Assembly (NCBI GenBank): GCA_973895155.1
Contig: OZ316894.1
Coordinates: 21,981,867-22,045,866, forward strand
Source: Marsupella aquatica
Lineage: Eukaryota > Plantae > Marchantiophyta
Direction: 5' to 3'
Length of the DNA stretch: 64,000 bases
A program made the translations under genes and the position numbers. A model generated the notes under the pieces. That model was not told where the DNA came from and ran no database searches. It saw only the letters and a list, made by a program, of their open reading frames with translations. Shown here piece by piece: positions 24,267 to 37,151 of the stretch. Each line of letters begins with the position of its first letter. Within the stretch, counting starts at the first letter, position 1.

Positions 24267-24550
24267 CTCAATGATGTTACTAAACAATTCACAACTAGAC
24301 CCACATACTGGTTTTATTGGTTCTAAGACAAGACTTAATTAAAAATTTATGTATGAGAACCTTACTAGCTAGGGCAGTTTAATCCAAGTTTGAGACTTAC
24401 AAGCTAGAGAAGATAAGGTTTAGAAACCAATTTTGGGAATATTCTTAATGGGGGGAAAAATGTTGTTTTCTTCTTCTTCTTAAATTTTAGGGTATATGAG
24501 GCATAGAAATGACTGGGTATGTGGGGTCTCCTTGTAGCGAGACTCCCAGG
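24267..24550 (-). mobile_element. Inverted, older copy of the 25075-25353 MITE
   Basis: Reverse-complement similarity (ggttttattggttctaagacaagacttaa; ggggtctccttgtagcgagactcccagg). Flanks atttaaag / agctaaag match 6/8, consistent with a decayed 8-bp TSD. Length is 284 bp. Confidence 0.65.
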
Positions 24551-24702
24551 AGCTAAAGAGTGATAATTAAAGACAATCATTAAGCTTCTCCTTTGCACCA
24601 CTAGAGTGTTTGACATTTTACAACCCCTAAAACATTGTAAAATTTATAGGTGTTTTTGCATGTTGGCCTCATTCACAATTGGGTGCACCTCGCAGGAACC
24701 AC

Positions 24703-25055
24703 TTTCAGGACTCAAAAACATGCTTTTTTAGTGAAAAATGACTTTCGTAACATGGAAAAAGGTTCATCATGATTTTATCTCAAGACATTTAAGTCTAATT
24801 TTTTCACAAGACTATTTTACATGGTGTAACCTACCTCACCATGTAGATACATCAAGTTTTCAACTGTTTTAAGGGATCATTTTATTGATGGCCCTAAATA
24901 AGCCAAAATTATTGATTATTTTTGTCCTGTACATAAAGGTTTAGTGTGTGTCACTATTTAAGTTTTGAAATATAAGATTATGCTATTAGTATGCATGCTT
25001 TGGTAAAATTTCATTGTCTAAAATACATTTTTTAGAGTCCTTTTGAGTCCTGAAA
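24703..25055. mobile_element. Possible MITE bounded by a perfect 15-bp inverted repeat
   Basis: tttcaggactcaaaa (24703) and ttttgagtcctgaaa (ends 25055) enclose an AT-rich interior. No TSD was found. Confidence 0.4.
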
Positions 25056-25074
25056 TGATGTGAACCGTTGCGTG

Positions 25075-25353
25075 CTCGGGGGTCTCACTATATGGGGACC
25101 TCCCCATCGCCTGCGACGTTTTTAGGCCTCGGACCCCCTAAAATGTAAGAATTTTTTTTTAACCCCTATAAAGTTGGAATATTCTAAAAATTGGATTAAA
25201 AAGACCCTAATGTTCTTATAAGTCTCAAAATTTAATTTAAAAGACCATATTGTTCTTCTACAAAAATTCTTAAGTCTTCCCTTAGAACCAATAAAATGAC
25301 CCTATCCTTCGTCGCACGCGATATGCCATTTTTGTGGAAGTGAAACCCCCGAG
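25075..25353 (+). mobile_element. MITE (279 bp) with 15-bp TIRs and 8-bp TSD
   Basis: TIRs ctcgggggtctcact / agtgaaacccccgag match 14/15. Perfect TSD gttgcgtg at 25067-25074 and 25354-25361. Confidence 0.9.
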
Positions 25354-28300
25354 GTTGCGTGACAAGTCCTTTTATCAATCTTTGAAGGACATATAAGGAA
25401 AGCTTCAAAGTCTCAAATGCTAGATAGTTTAATGAATGTTACCAACCTATAGGATGTTTATTAAGTATAGTAAATCAAATTTTCTATATCATCTCATTAC
25501 ACCCTAAAAATGATATCCTAAAGCATAATAAACTATGGTCACTTTTGAGTGTGACGTTCCTTTTGCGTCCTCCAATTGTGAATGAGGCCGACATTGTGCA
25601 TTTATTAGGCAACTTTATGACGCCCATAGAGCCGAGCCGTATATCACAGTCAATTACTTTCCTTGTCCTAGACCAAGTTTGGAAATGCGTATATTGCGTG
25701 GTCCGAAACATTGAACATTATTTAGGAACCTATCCTACAATGTGGAGACTCTTGCTTACTCGGAGTTAATTCTGTTGAATTGTAGATGTGGGGTGGGCTC
25801 TTTACTTGTCCCAAACAATGTAACTTATTAACCATGTTGTAGATCAGGTTAGGGCTTGTTGTAATGGGGGGGGGGTTCACCTTGTGAAATTGTTGTATAC
25901 CCTGTGCAAATGCCCCTATCTAAGCACTCTCTCTAAAAGAAATAGGAAGCTAAAAACCAACCAATCATTTATTGACATGTACATGGCAAACAAATGAATC
26001 ATGTGAACAAGTGGCACTTTTTGAATTGTTATCCCCTGGTTTACCTACTTCCTTGCTACTTCTAAGTACTTCCCTAAAAGAATAAAAGTCTCTTACTTAG
26101 TTCCACATGATGTAAACATTTGTGCAATTAAGTGACCCCCCCCCAAGGTTGTAATGTACCTTTTACAACCATGTTTAGAGGCGGTAATAAGGACTCCTGC
26201 ACGTGATTAGGGGCAATCGGTCAAGCAATGAAAAAAAGTTAAACACCGTCTAGACCCGTGTCTAGAACATCGTAGAGAGACGTGGAGGTGGGTGCATCCC
26301 AAGACGACATAGCGGGAGGTAACCATGTTGTAAATGACATTTTCTGAATTGGGGGAACATTCAATAATGATGTGCATTATTGAAATTGGGTGGACAATGA
26401 GAAAATCTCAACTGATTGCTTTGAAGTCTCTTTCAATAATGATGTCCATGCCCTCTCTATTGGATTCTCACCTGCTTGCTTGGACTCTCTTTCATTGACG
26501 ACCATGTGCATTCATTCACTTTTCGATCTGATGGTCGAGCGTCAAAGCGCGCCTCATAAAGCCTGCTATTACTTCACTACGTATTATATTGAATGGAGCA
26601 AAGAAACGATCCTGTGAAGATGTGAAAGCTGTCATTCAAGAACGGAGCAGCGAGATCTCCCGACGTTTTCTGATATAATGAAAAAAAGATTCGGGACTTG
26701 AAGTCGTCCACTCAGGTCGATCGAAGGACTCAAGGCCCAAGTCGTAGAAATCTTAGAATCGAGCTGAGCAGCTGCACCCTTCAATCATGATTCACCGTGG
26801 TGGATGATTGAACACCGAAAAGGAAGAAATCTGGCGGTGACTAAGTGACTTTCTCGTGCGGTAGTTTCCGCGTGAATCTTTGATATAAATGAAGACTTTC
26901 CATCCTGCACCTACAAAGGAAGCTCCCTCTGTTGCTGGCTCGTCCACAACAACCCTTCAGTGATCGACACTGTGCCCGGCCTTGATCTGTGTCTCTCCAG
27001 AGAAGGCAACTCTGGCTCGGTCATGTCTGCTGCTCCTTGATCCACCTACAGCACGACGAGAGTATAGCTAGAGGCGCTCGTCAATCCACTCAGTCTTCAA
27101 GAACAATGGGGCGCACGGGCGAAGCAGTCGTCATCGATCGTCATATTACCCTTCCGTCCATTGTGGATGCATGACAGATCTGATCGTCTGTACTCCCGAG
27201 TGCAACATTTGAAGACCCCGATTGTACCACCTGACTATAAGAGCAGTCGGAAAGTATGTTCAGACTGTAAAGTAATGAGGTGATCTAGAACGAGCTACAG
27301 GAAGGATCTCGAGGGAAGGACGAGAACAATTCTACTCTCAATTCGACTGCATCGATTTGCTATCAATTTCTGGTCCGACGAGGACGAACAATAATTCGAA
27401 TTACCTGCTTGAAACGGTACATGTACGCAGTTCTCTCCGTTTTATCTTGTATCTTCGGGAAGGTCACAGTGGCTGGGAGGAGTAAACTCTTGTTCAAACC
27501 TTTAGTGTACTGGCCCGGACCCCACACATTAAGTTTTTAAGATTTCCTTTATGACTACGTAGATTCTGACTTCCACTTGCAGAAGCTTCTGTACAGCCGA
27601 TGCATAGAATGTTTAAGGTCAAGTAAATCTGGCCCTTGTTCTCTTGAGAGTGTACTACTAGATAAGAATGCAAAATACTAACTTGCAACAGCTGTACTTG
27701 TGAGAAATGATTGAAAGTTTTCTACTGCGTTTGTTCAGTGCCAAGGGATATGCACAATAAGGTTCGATCCACTGCATGGGGATTGACTTTCTTATGAAAC
27801 CATACTCCCAGGATAATTTGCTCTAGATGTCATAGCGCTTCATTTTCATGGGGAACCATTTTCTCGGGAAAGCACGCACAAATTATCACGAGTTTATTAG
27901 TTTGTGCCCATCCATTCTTCGAAGATAGTCAGATCCAGAGTTTGCACAGATCAGTACATTTTCTAGATATCGAATTAAGAGCGTAGTATCCAAGACCTGT
28001 CGGTGCAGAGATAGGTGCAATGATATTTCTACGGCATCTAACTAATGTCCAATCCAGTCTTTCTAACCTGTAAGAATTTCTGTTGTGCTTGACTCTAACG
28101 TTGTTCTTCCACTTCACATGCAAAGCGAGACGTCGGGGTTCAAAGCCGGGCCCGTTCACATACTTTGAAGAACGTAACTATTGCTAAGGATCGAGCCTGC
28201 TCTCTAGAAGGCAGGTGCTGGGCGGTGAATAGAATGTTTAAATTTTATGGCCAGAAGCTAGCCTTCTGTTCGTGAGCCGTTCCACCTGAGTGAGTGGATA

Positions 28301-30389
28301 GTTTATTGATGTTGTAGAGAGGTCACTGCAGACAGCCTTCTGTCCTGAGTAAGCAGATTTTTATTCAGTGTCCTCTTTGAAGCTCTCGCTAGAACTGTGT
28401 GCGGGACGAGAAAGGCCTCGCCTGATTTCTACATGTCGATCACAGGGGCCTGGTACTTTATTGGGGTTCATGTCCTTGCCAAGTTTACTGCATCCTCTTG
28501 AACTTGCATTGGTCCTGCTGCGCTGATGTGCTTCCAAGCATGTCCTTGGTTGCATGCCGACGCATGCAGTTAATATTGTGTGCAGGAGTGAGGTACCGCG
28601 GAACTGATTTGAAGCAACTCACGACAGCATCAGGATGTTGACAATTTTGCATCTGGTCGTAAATTTCATAGTACTAAGCGATGGTATGACTAGCTCTCGC
28701 CGAGCTGTCCGACACCATATCAACTGTTAGCGATTAGAATACTCAAGTGCTGATAGAGAAATTGGTGGGTTACAAATGTGGGAACTTTTTAGGAGCACCA
28801 ATGTCACCCTAAACAATGTCTACATACGTTCCAGTTGTAATTAAGTTTGAAGTTTGGGGGAGTGAGACTATGAACTCCCGCAACAATCAATTACTACTGT
28901 ACCTTAAATAATGTTCGATATCGTGATGGGAATATGCATCTCACAGCATTGATTTCACATTCCGAAAATTTACTAGTGATGGTTGATTTGAACTTACTGG
29001 GCTGTTAGTGTGAACATTGCTTTGGGAGACATCAGTTCCCCTAGAAAGTTCTATTAATAAAGTGACTCCAGGGTAATATACCTTTCAGAACTCGTCCTGA
29101 ATGATGGATTGGTTAAAATACAATTTCCTGTCGGACTATGAATTTAGCTCTCATTGACTGCTTGCATGTAGCAGGACAACTGTTGTGTCAAGAACTGTTT
29201 AAGTCCATGGGACTCGTGAAGAACTATCAAAAATCTCCATGATGTCGAGAAAGACATGGGCAGCAAAATCGAAAGAGCCCACGTACATATTAAAAATCAG
29301 ACCTGCAAACGTTCTGATCTTAGCATGCATGTCAGAAGTTCTGATCTACAGAAGGCTATTCCTGCAATGGGTATGCACACTAGTAAGTCCTCGTGCTTCC
29401 AAAGCATCACCAGTCACCTGCCGCTTATTTAAGGCTTCGAATGTCAATGAATTCATATCATTTTCATTGGTTACAATGTTACATTCGTACATATATGGCT
29501 GTGTTCTCAGCACATTATGACTGCGAAGCTGAAAGAGGATATATAAACACCACCGAGCCACCCAACAAATGAAAAAAAGTATCCTTCACTCTTTGAAAAT
29601 ATTTCATTATCGTCCCGAAGAACTCCAAATGCAGAGCAAGACGTCGGGGAAGCCCGTTCGATCAAATTCTCTAGAAGGACGTCTTCAGGATCGAGATAGC
29701 ACTAGGTTTTTCATTTATCAGCTGAAGTTTTGCAGAGGGTGAAAAGACCAATTGCGCAAAAACGCTACTAGCCATATTACTCAACGTGAGAGTGATCGGA
29801 GTGGTATGATTCTGAGTTATCATCTGAGCAGTTATCTGCGCAATTCTAGAATGATGAACCTTGCTTATAGGGACTAAAACCCACCTCAAAGTGAAGTACA
29901 GGTGCTCACTTTCACACTCAAAAGATAGAGTCACTATCACTTAGAACTTTGGGCCTTCGGGAAGGCCTGCCACTCTCACACACACCCTTGCACGATTACC
30001 AATATAACGAATGAAAAATACTTGATATCACAACGTGGTTAGTGAGTCCGATTCCGTCAAACAGTGGAATACATGCTGGAAAGAAGAACGCAAACTATTT
30101 ACGGGCGTTATGGTATAGCTAGAACAATATCTGGCCCCACTGCTGGCCAGATAAACTACTAAGTGATAAATACATTACTGCATTCAAAGTGTTTACATTG
30201 GGCTAGTGACATCAGCGAGCTGAAGAGTTCAGCAAGTAATGACCGCCCGAATGACCCAATGCCTGTCGGAGCGAAAGTTGGCAAACTAGCTGGAAACCTT
30301 ACTAAATCTGGAAGCAAGACATGACGACAGCATTAGAATCCATCCGAGGTGTGCGGACAGTTTTTTTGATACTTTGATTAGCATTCTGT

Positions 30390-31045
30390 AAACCGTTGGG
30401 TCCCACTTGAGCATTAGATTGTCATTCCTTCTAAGCTGTTTGTCAAACCCCTTGGGTCCCACTCATTTCTTTGAACCGTCTGTCCCGCACTCCCGCTCTT
30501 CGATGTTCATTGTTCGTGCTAAACTAATTTATTAGGACCCCTTGGGTCTCACTTTTAGATAATGGAGGTATTCTATGTTGGGAGCAAACAGGAGACCAAT
30601 AAATGTTATTAGGGAGACACTGATGGTTTCAAATTTCATTTGTTTTTTGGTGCCATTTCTATTTTTTTGTGTTTTTTAAAGACTCCAGATGGCAAGCGAG
30701 CTCGCTAGCAAAAAGGGGAGTCTCCAAAAGGGATGTTACCAACCAGGTAGTTGATAGCTAGGCAGTTGGATGTATGAAAATAGGGGTCATGCAAATTTTT
30801 TTTTTGCTCGGGCTAAATTTTTTTTTACTGTTTGATTGCAGTTACAATTACCCTAGATAATGTAGTGTCCCATTGTGAGTTACAATTACCCTTGATAATG
30901 TAGTGTCCCATTGTGAGACAGTAAGTGTTAATTGTCCCATTGTGAGCGGACTGTTCTAGGGAACTCATTCATTATTGTAACCCCTTGGGTCACACTTTTA
31001 CATGATGATAAGTCATCATGTAACCCCCTTCAGTCCCACTCTTAG
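30390..31045. repeat. Dispersed short repeats plus a 38-bp tandem pair, probably TE subterminal sequence
   Basis: An accccttgggtcccactt-like motif occurs at ~30392, 30447, 30537, 30980 and 31023. gttacaattaccct.gataatgtagtgtcccattgtga occurs twice at 30840-30918. Confidence 0.55.
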
Positions 31046-31344
31046 ATGTGCCATGAGATGCCCAAATGGGAGACTGGATATTAAATCTTCTATGCGTTAA
31101 TGATCCCCCATTTTCTTGGAGTTGCGTACACTGCCCGTCCTAATCCCCGATGCTGCTGCCCATTCTGGCCTGAGTTTGCCAAAATATAATCCAAGACTCT
31201 ACTGATTTGTTACCCACTCTGCCCTGATCAACTTTGTGCCATCCACTGCAGATTTCTGTTTTGGCACCCTTCATTTATTGTTGCTCGCTCCGGCCCAGGT
31301 CCCCGATGCTGGTGCCTGCTCCAGCCCAAGTTTGCCAGAATGTA

Positions 31345-31860
31345 GACCTATATCATTAATCAGAACTCTCATCCAAAGTACTAGGCTTTGCGTGAATACT
31401 TAGACTCTATTAGTAAATAGACATAACTCCATTGGAAAGAAGTGTTGCCAAAACATAAACCACTACTCCATAGATAAGCACTTGGTAGAACATTATTTAA
31501 CCAAGACTCTATCAATCATGACTCTTATTCAAAGTGCTAGGTTCTGCAACACTTTGACTATATTACGAAATAAACATGACTCCAGGTTGGAAAGAAGTTT
31601 TCCAAGAACATAAACCACTACTCTATAGAGAAGAAACAGACAGAGCATCAACCAAGACCCTACCAATCATGACTAAAGTATTAGGCTCTACAACATGTAG
31701 ACTTTGTTATAAAGCAAACATAACTCTATTGGAAAGAAGTGTTGCCAGAACATAAATTAAACACAACTCCACAAGAAAGAAATCAATCATGGCTCAAAGT
31801 GTATTGGGCCAGTGCAAGTGACAACAAGTGAAAAGTGCCAAAACATGAACCCAAAATTGA
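31345..31860. repeat. Degenerate tandem array of a ~160-bp unit (3 to 4 copies)
   Basis: The blocks aatcatgactc, aaagt.ctagg, acataactc..ttggaaagaagt.tt.cca.aacataaa recur with ttggaaagaagt at ~31432, ~31587 and ~31729. Confidence 0.75.
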
Positions 31861-34800
31861 TGACACAAAGTTGATGGAGCCAGAAGGGGTGACAAAATGA
31901 TAGGGTTTTGGTTTGTGTTTGGACAAACTTGACCAAGCCTGAGCAGACAACAACAGTATAAGGGAGGGACTGGGACTGGCAGTGTACAGACCCCAAGAAA
32001 ATGGAGGAACATTAATGTGTTGTAGACTTAATGCGCGACCAAGCCCTAGCCCACAGAGTAGGGCTGGGACCAGACCACTCCAGTCGAGCAAACTACAGTA
32101 AGCCCTCGCTGCGTACCATGTCAGTGTCAATAAGTAGGTCAATTCAACAACACTAGCTGCACATGTATCGCACGGCGCCTGGAGCTTTTTAATTTTCTGT
32201 ACGTTTCGTAGCTACAGTGTATTCAATTTGTCCTACTGACATATTAGAATTTCTTTGAAGTTATCTTCATACGCAAACAATTTTTTATGCAGTCGCTCGA
32301 AGGACCATCTGGCCTTTGTTGGCATAAACCTTGAAGTCCTTGTTTCTTAGAATTTTATTTCAATAATACAGCAGTTCGATCATAAAACTCGGTGACTGTG
32401 GATCAAATTAGACGAGTCCATTAAAACCACTCACTTTCTTGCAACTTACGGTGAGTCGACGGTGATTCGATAATTGTCGCAGACACACTTCCGCCGTCTG
32501 CATTGTTCAACAAACGAATGTTTATGTACATAGGAATTCTGATTCCGACACAACCATCGAGTGACTCCAATAATGTCAAGCCAGGTCGATCTGATCAGAG
32601 GCAATTATGGTATCGATCGACTTTCAGACCGCAAGCGCAGATTGATTTGTGGGACCTCAAGTGCAGACCAGGATCGAGGCATTTGTACCCACTTGAAAGT
32701 TTGGCCAGGGACCTCAAGTTGCAAAACTGTATCTATATCAAATTACAGCATCCATGGCAGACCCAGGGGCAGATCCTCAGCAGAGGCCTGTGATGCTTAA
32801 AAATGGCATGATTGGCTGCTCACTCGACTTCAGCTACTTGCATGGATTGCATTACTCTACGCTGTGACCGACAGCTACAGCTACAGAAGTAGTCTGGATG
32901 ATGCGTGACAGAAAATCTACTCTACTTACTTTTTCTGTGAATTCTGGGACCAGGGTTTTCGGAAAGTATCCAGTATGACAGTATGTCGATCGCGCACTGT
33001 GTTCGTCTTGACATGATTGCAGATCGAGTGGCTATTACCTGTAAAGTGGTTTTGTGTCTCGAAATGATCATATTAGTGAGCAATAGAGACTTCATAATTT
33101 CTGGCCAAACAGGGAGGCCCATGCTGGAGACCTGGGCATGGATAATAACGTGTCGTATTGACTTTTATGTTGTGTCAGGCATATAACTCGCCGACACAGT
33201 TACTTTTTTATTGTAGAATGAAATATATACGAGTTGATTGGGTTCCAACCCCTCCGATCCCACTGGTTGTTTTGGTTTAATGGTGCTAGGGCTAGGTTCC
33301 TTCTTATTAGAACAAATGAATGAAAATACCTTACTGCCTGTCAGATTCCTATCGATGTGTTACACAATATTAATTTTTCAGGTGAGGCAGGGTAATGTTT
33401 CTTTTTCCGCAGGGTAGCTAATGTCACCTCCTGTCAACGAGTATATGCTAAGAATATTCCTGAATTATAATATTCTTACATTAATTGATTTTGACAATTT
33501 GATCTCTATAGATTTAACGATAACGATCAGAGTCTGGCGAATGGGGTTGTGTGGCCTGGCAAGGTGGGAAACTAGCTAGTGGAAGAGAGAAAATAAAATT
33601 AATAAAATAAATAAATAAATAAATCTTTTCCCTACTTAATTAGTGGCAAAGACTTCCCAGTGAGGATGAATCTAGCAAAATTTGGCCAATCGAAAAGAAG
33701 CTGGTGTGAGGCCCACACAAGTACTTGATGGGGGTCCAAAACCTGAGTTCATTCAAGTTTTCTTTACGCAGATTTCATTCTAATTGGATATTCAAATTAA
33801 GGCAAATCTTCCCACTAGCTCTCGTGATTATTTCCCCTAATTGGCTCTAAGTTGATGTTCGGTCGATCATCAGATTTGACCCGAGTGCTACCGTAATTGA
33901 TGGACCAGTCACTTCTTTTCAAGACAACTGGTCCATGTGAGTTTGGCTTTCTATCTTAGTAGATTGCCAGACATTGGGGTCTATGGGATCCAGTTCAGCT
34001 CCAAGTAATTTACTGCAAAGGGGGCCATATATAGACAAATTAACCGAAGTAAGAGAGTTAGTAGTAAAGTTAGTTAATATCAGTAGTTATCGGAACACCT
34101 TGTACTTCCCCACAGTATTTGAGTACGTCATCCCTTCAGTTGATGTTCAGATCTCATGACGACATAAGAAGTGGGAGTTGCACAGAGTTATCCTTGGCAG
34201 ATGGTGTCGGTTCTTAAAAATTGCAAAAGAGGTTGAGACGTGCTTTTGCTTTTGACTAAATTTGAAGCCATCATGTCCATATCGGAACATTTGATACGTA
34301 CGAGAATCCCTGAGTACACAAAAAAAACAGTGTCATGAACATTGCAGACCAATTAGTAACTATGTCGTGCGCCTAGGCTGCAACAATCATCGACAGTAAC
34401 TTACGCAAACAACTGGGAGGTTTCCTTGATCGAACTGGTCCAGTTAGACACCGAGTACGATGTGATAGATAACTAAAACAACTGTTCAACCCTCGATGTG
34501 GAGACAGTCTGAAATTTATAATTCTGTAGCCTAGGGTTTCTGGGTTCATACCAAGAGAGGCCAAGAGGTGCTGTAGCGACAGCAAAGGAAAACTGCTTGC
34601 CAGTTAAGATAAATTCACACAAAATCCTGATGTCGATCTGCCAGTAATGTACATGCAGCTATATATATTAATATGTACGAGAATGTATGTTACTACCTAG
34701 AGTATTCACATTCACTCTCAATGGTACAAAGATTCCGGCAAGCGTGACAAAGGTGGTGTTGTTGCCTTGCCGTCCTGCAGGTTCATTGCCATCACGTTGG

Positions 34801-34919
34801 TCCCTTTCATAGAATACATGCCTTTGGCAAGGTTTCCATTCGTGTGGAAAGGAAATCGCTCCACGAAAAGGGGAAAAGGGAGGTACTTGCTAGCTTTTAC
34901 GAAGTAAACTACATTCTCT

Positions 34920-37151
34920 TCAGTGCAGCGGGATGCTTTGATTGAAATTGAAAACATTCTTACTGTCCCACTTATTCTTGGTAGCTATGAGGGCGTTGAG
35001 GTTGTTGGCATAGTAGGCACTGAGCGGTTCTTCCACATCAATGTAGTTCTGATAAGCTTCAGATGAGGAATATGGACGCACAGCACTCCAGATTCCCTCC
35101 ACAAAAGTGGTTTCGGTAAGTGCGTTTTGAGGCTGGTTCTGCCAATAGGCAAACATCTGGATGTTGAAGAGAGCGTCTCGGTGGACCCAGCCGTCTCCAG
35201 GCTGGAGAGCAATCTTGTTAATAGCAGAGCCTGAACCTCCGAACAGATCGAAGATGAAGTAGCTATTGGATGGACCACTTTTGAGTTTGTTGACGAATGC
35301 ATTTATGCCGGCATCAGAGTACCCAGAACCTTTCGCGATGATTGACTTCGATTTGAACACGCGCTCGTCGTACACGTAGCCGTTCCCAAGGTTCAGCAAG
35401 GAGGGGTTGTCGGTAATTTTAAATCCACCGTTGATGAGAGCCGAGTGAATGTAATCTGTTTGAACAATGTAAGTGCTGGTCGGAGTCGGCGCGTTGTTCA
35501 AGTAAGTTTGGACCTGGTTGTGAAGATTTGACTGAGGGCCTAGATATAACCCGTAAAACTGGTTTCCACCAGAAGGGTCTTGATATAAAGACGCTGATAT
35601 TTCGGCAGGGGCATTCAGTCCCCAAGTCTGGTAAGCTTTGATGGCTTGGAACTGGGCATCTTTGCTGAAATGGTACTCAAAGTAGGTCACGGGTTGCGAC
35701 ACATCGTAAGCTTGGAACTTGAACTGTGTGACGATCCCTGCAAATACACGCAAGGAGCTAGACATAAACGATTGCTTACATGACTGTGACGTACTACACC
35801 CTGGAAGTGGTAATTCCTATATTTTCATGTGAAGTCTGAAGTTTCTAGGTCCTGAGCGGAAAATCATAAGATGAATTGGGAGATGAAGAAGAGCGTGAAT
35901 TTGAAAAGACTTCGCAGTCTGTTATATAATTGAGTCAATCTAGCAAAACCAGCCCGATACAAATAGACAAGAATTCGAAAATGGATCTAGAGAAGACCGA
36001 CAATGCTAACTATCCTGCCGCGCCGGCACTCGTAGGACAGGTCCCAAAGAATAGAGCAACTTACCGAAGGAGTTGGCACCTGCCCCTTTCAATGCCCTGA
36101 ATAAGTCAGAATTTTGACCAGCAGTAGCCGTAACCACAGAGCCATCGTTAATAACAACTTGAATTGCTTGGATGCTGTCAGCCATGATTCCGAACTTTCT
36201 CGAAACAAAACCCCATCCGCCACCCAGTGCGTGACCGCCGACGCCTACGCTGGGACATGTACCGCAGGGAATGGTTACTTTCCCGGCATTCCATAATGCT
36301 AGCTTCAAGGGTCCCAATCGATACCCTGCTCCCACTATGGCAGTCCTAGCCTGACTGTTATAAGTGAAGGTGGTCAGACCAGCCAGATCCACCACGAGCA
36401 CACCATCTCGGCCACCTGCATATATCGATCCACAACTCGATCATTAATTTAGCACCGCCAAAAGCCTTTCATATGTACAAAGTACATGCTCCCGTTTCAA
36501 ACAAGAGAACCCGAAAGAGTAGAGACTTGTGAGTAGTCACGTACCTAGACTGTAGTCCTCGTAGGAATGCCCACCACTGCGGGGAGAGATCCCAATGTTC
36601 AACTGGACAGCGCATTTCACCGCATTCTGTACTTGGGCAAGTGAGGTCGCGAAAACGATCGCTGCTGGCTTGTACAAATTCCGATGATTCCACACTTTGC
36701 CTCGTGCAGTTTCATAAGCTGAGCTACCAGGAAAGACAACATTCGCACCAGCTGGGCTGAGGCAGCTCTGAATCTGACTAGCTGTCGCAAGCTCCCGACG
36801 TGGCTGTTTGAAAGCCTGACATCCAGACGCAGGCAAATGTCATGTTAATAACTTAAATCATGATCGACAAATTCTTGACAAGGAGTCTTGGGAGATGAAA
36901 GCTTGGAAGTGTGATTCTAGCGATATGCACAATACGCAGCACCAGTCTTGGGAGATAAAAACTTGTAAGTGTGATTCCAGCATTAGACACAATTATACTC
37001 AGCACCAGGACAAGTCCTCGTATTCTATTCCATCACTAACCCCTAAGGCTGATCTTGCGTCAGCGCTCGTTTCGTAAAGAGAGCTTAGAAGCAGAAGGCC
37101 TATCAGACAAACTGCCTGCACGCCCCGCATGGATCCTACTGCTTTCTTCAT
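34920..37151 (-). CDS. Secreted berberine-bridge-enzyme-like / AA7-type FAD-linked (carbohydrate) oxidase, 4 exons, ~516 aa
   Basis: Exons 37151-37041 (signal-peptide-like MKKAVGSMRGVQAVCLIGLLLLSSLYETSA), 36815-36545, 36415-36065 and 35737-34920 are GT-AG and in phase (1551 nt). Motifs: RSGGHSYE (FAD-linking His), GTCPSVGVGGHALGGGWG (FAD-linking Cys), GAGANSFGIVT, and the BBE C-terminus YQNYID...YY..N...L...K.KWD..NVF...QSIP. Confidence 0.93.

Noticed and set aside
26600-26700. Peptide RDLPTFSDIMKK resembling kinase subdomain XI
   Set aside because: No other kinase motifs occur nearby, so it may be chance.
32150-32185. Possible Helitron 3' end (degenerate hairpin + CTAG) on the minus strand
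   Set aside because: The hairpin is imperfect and no matching 5' end could be defined.
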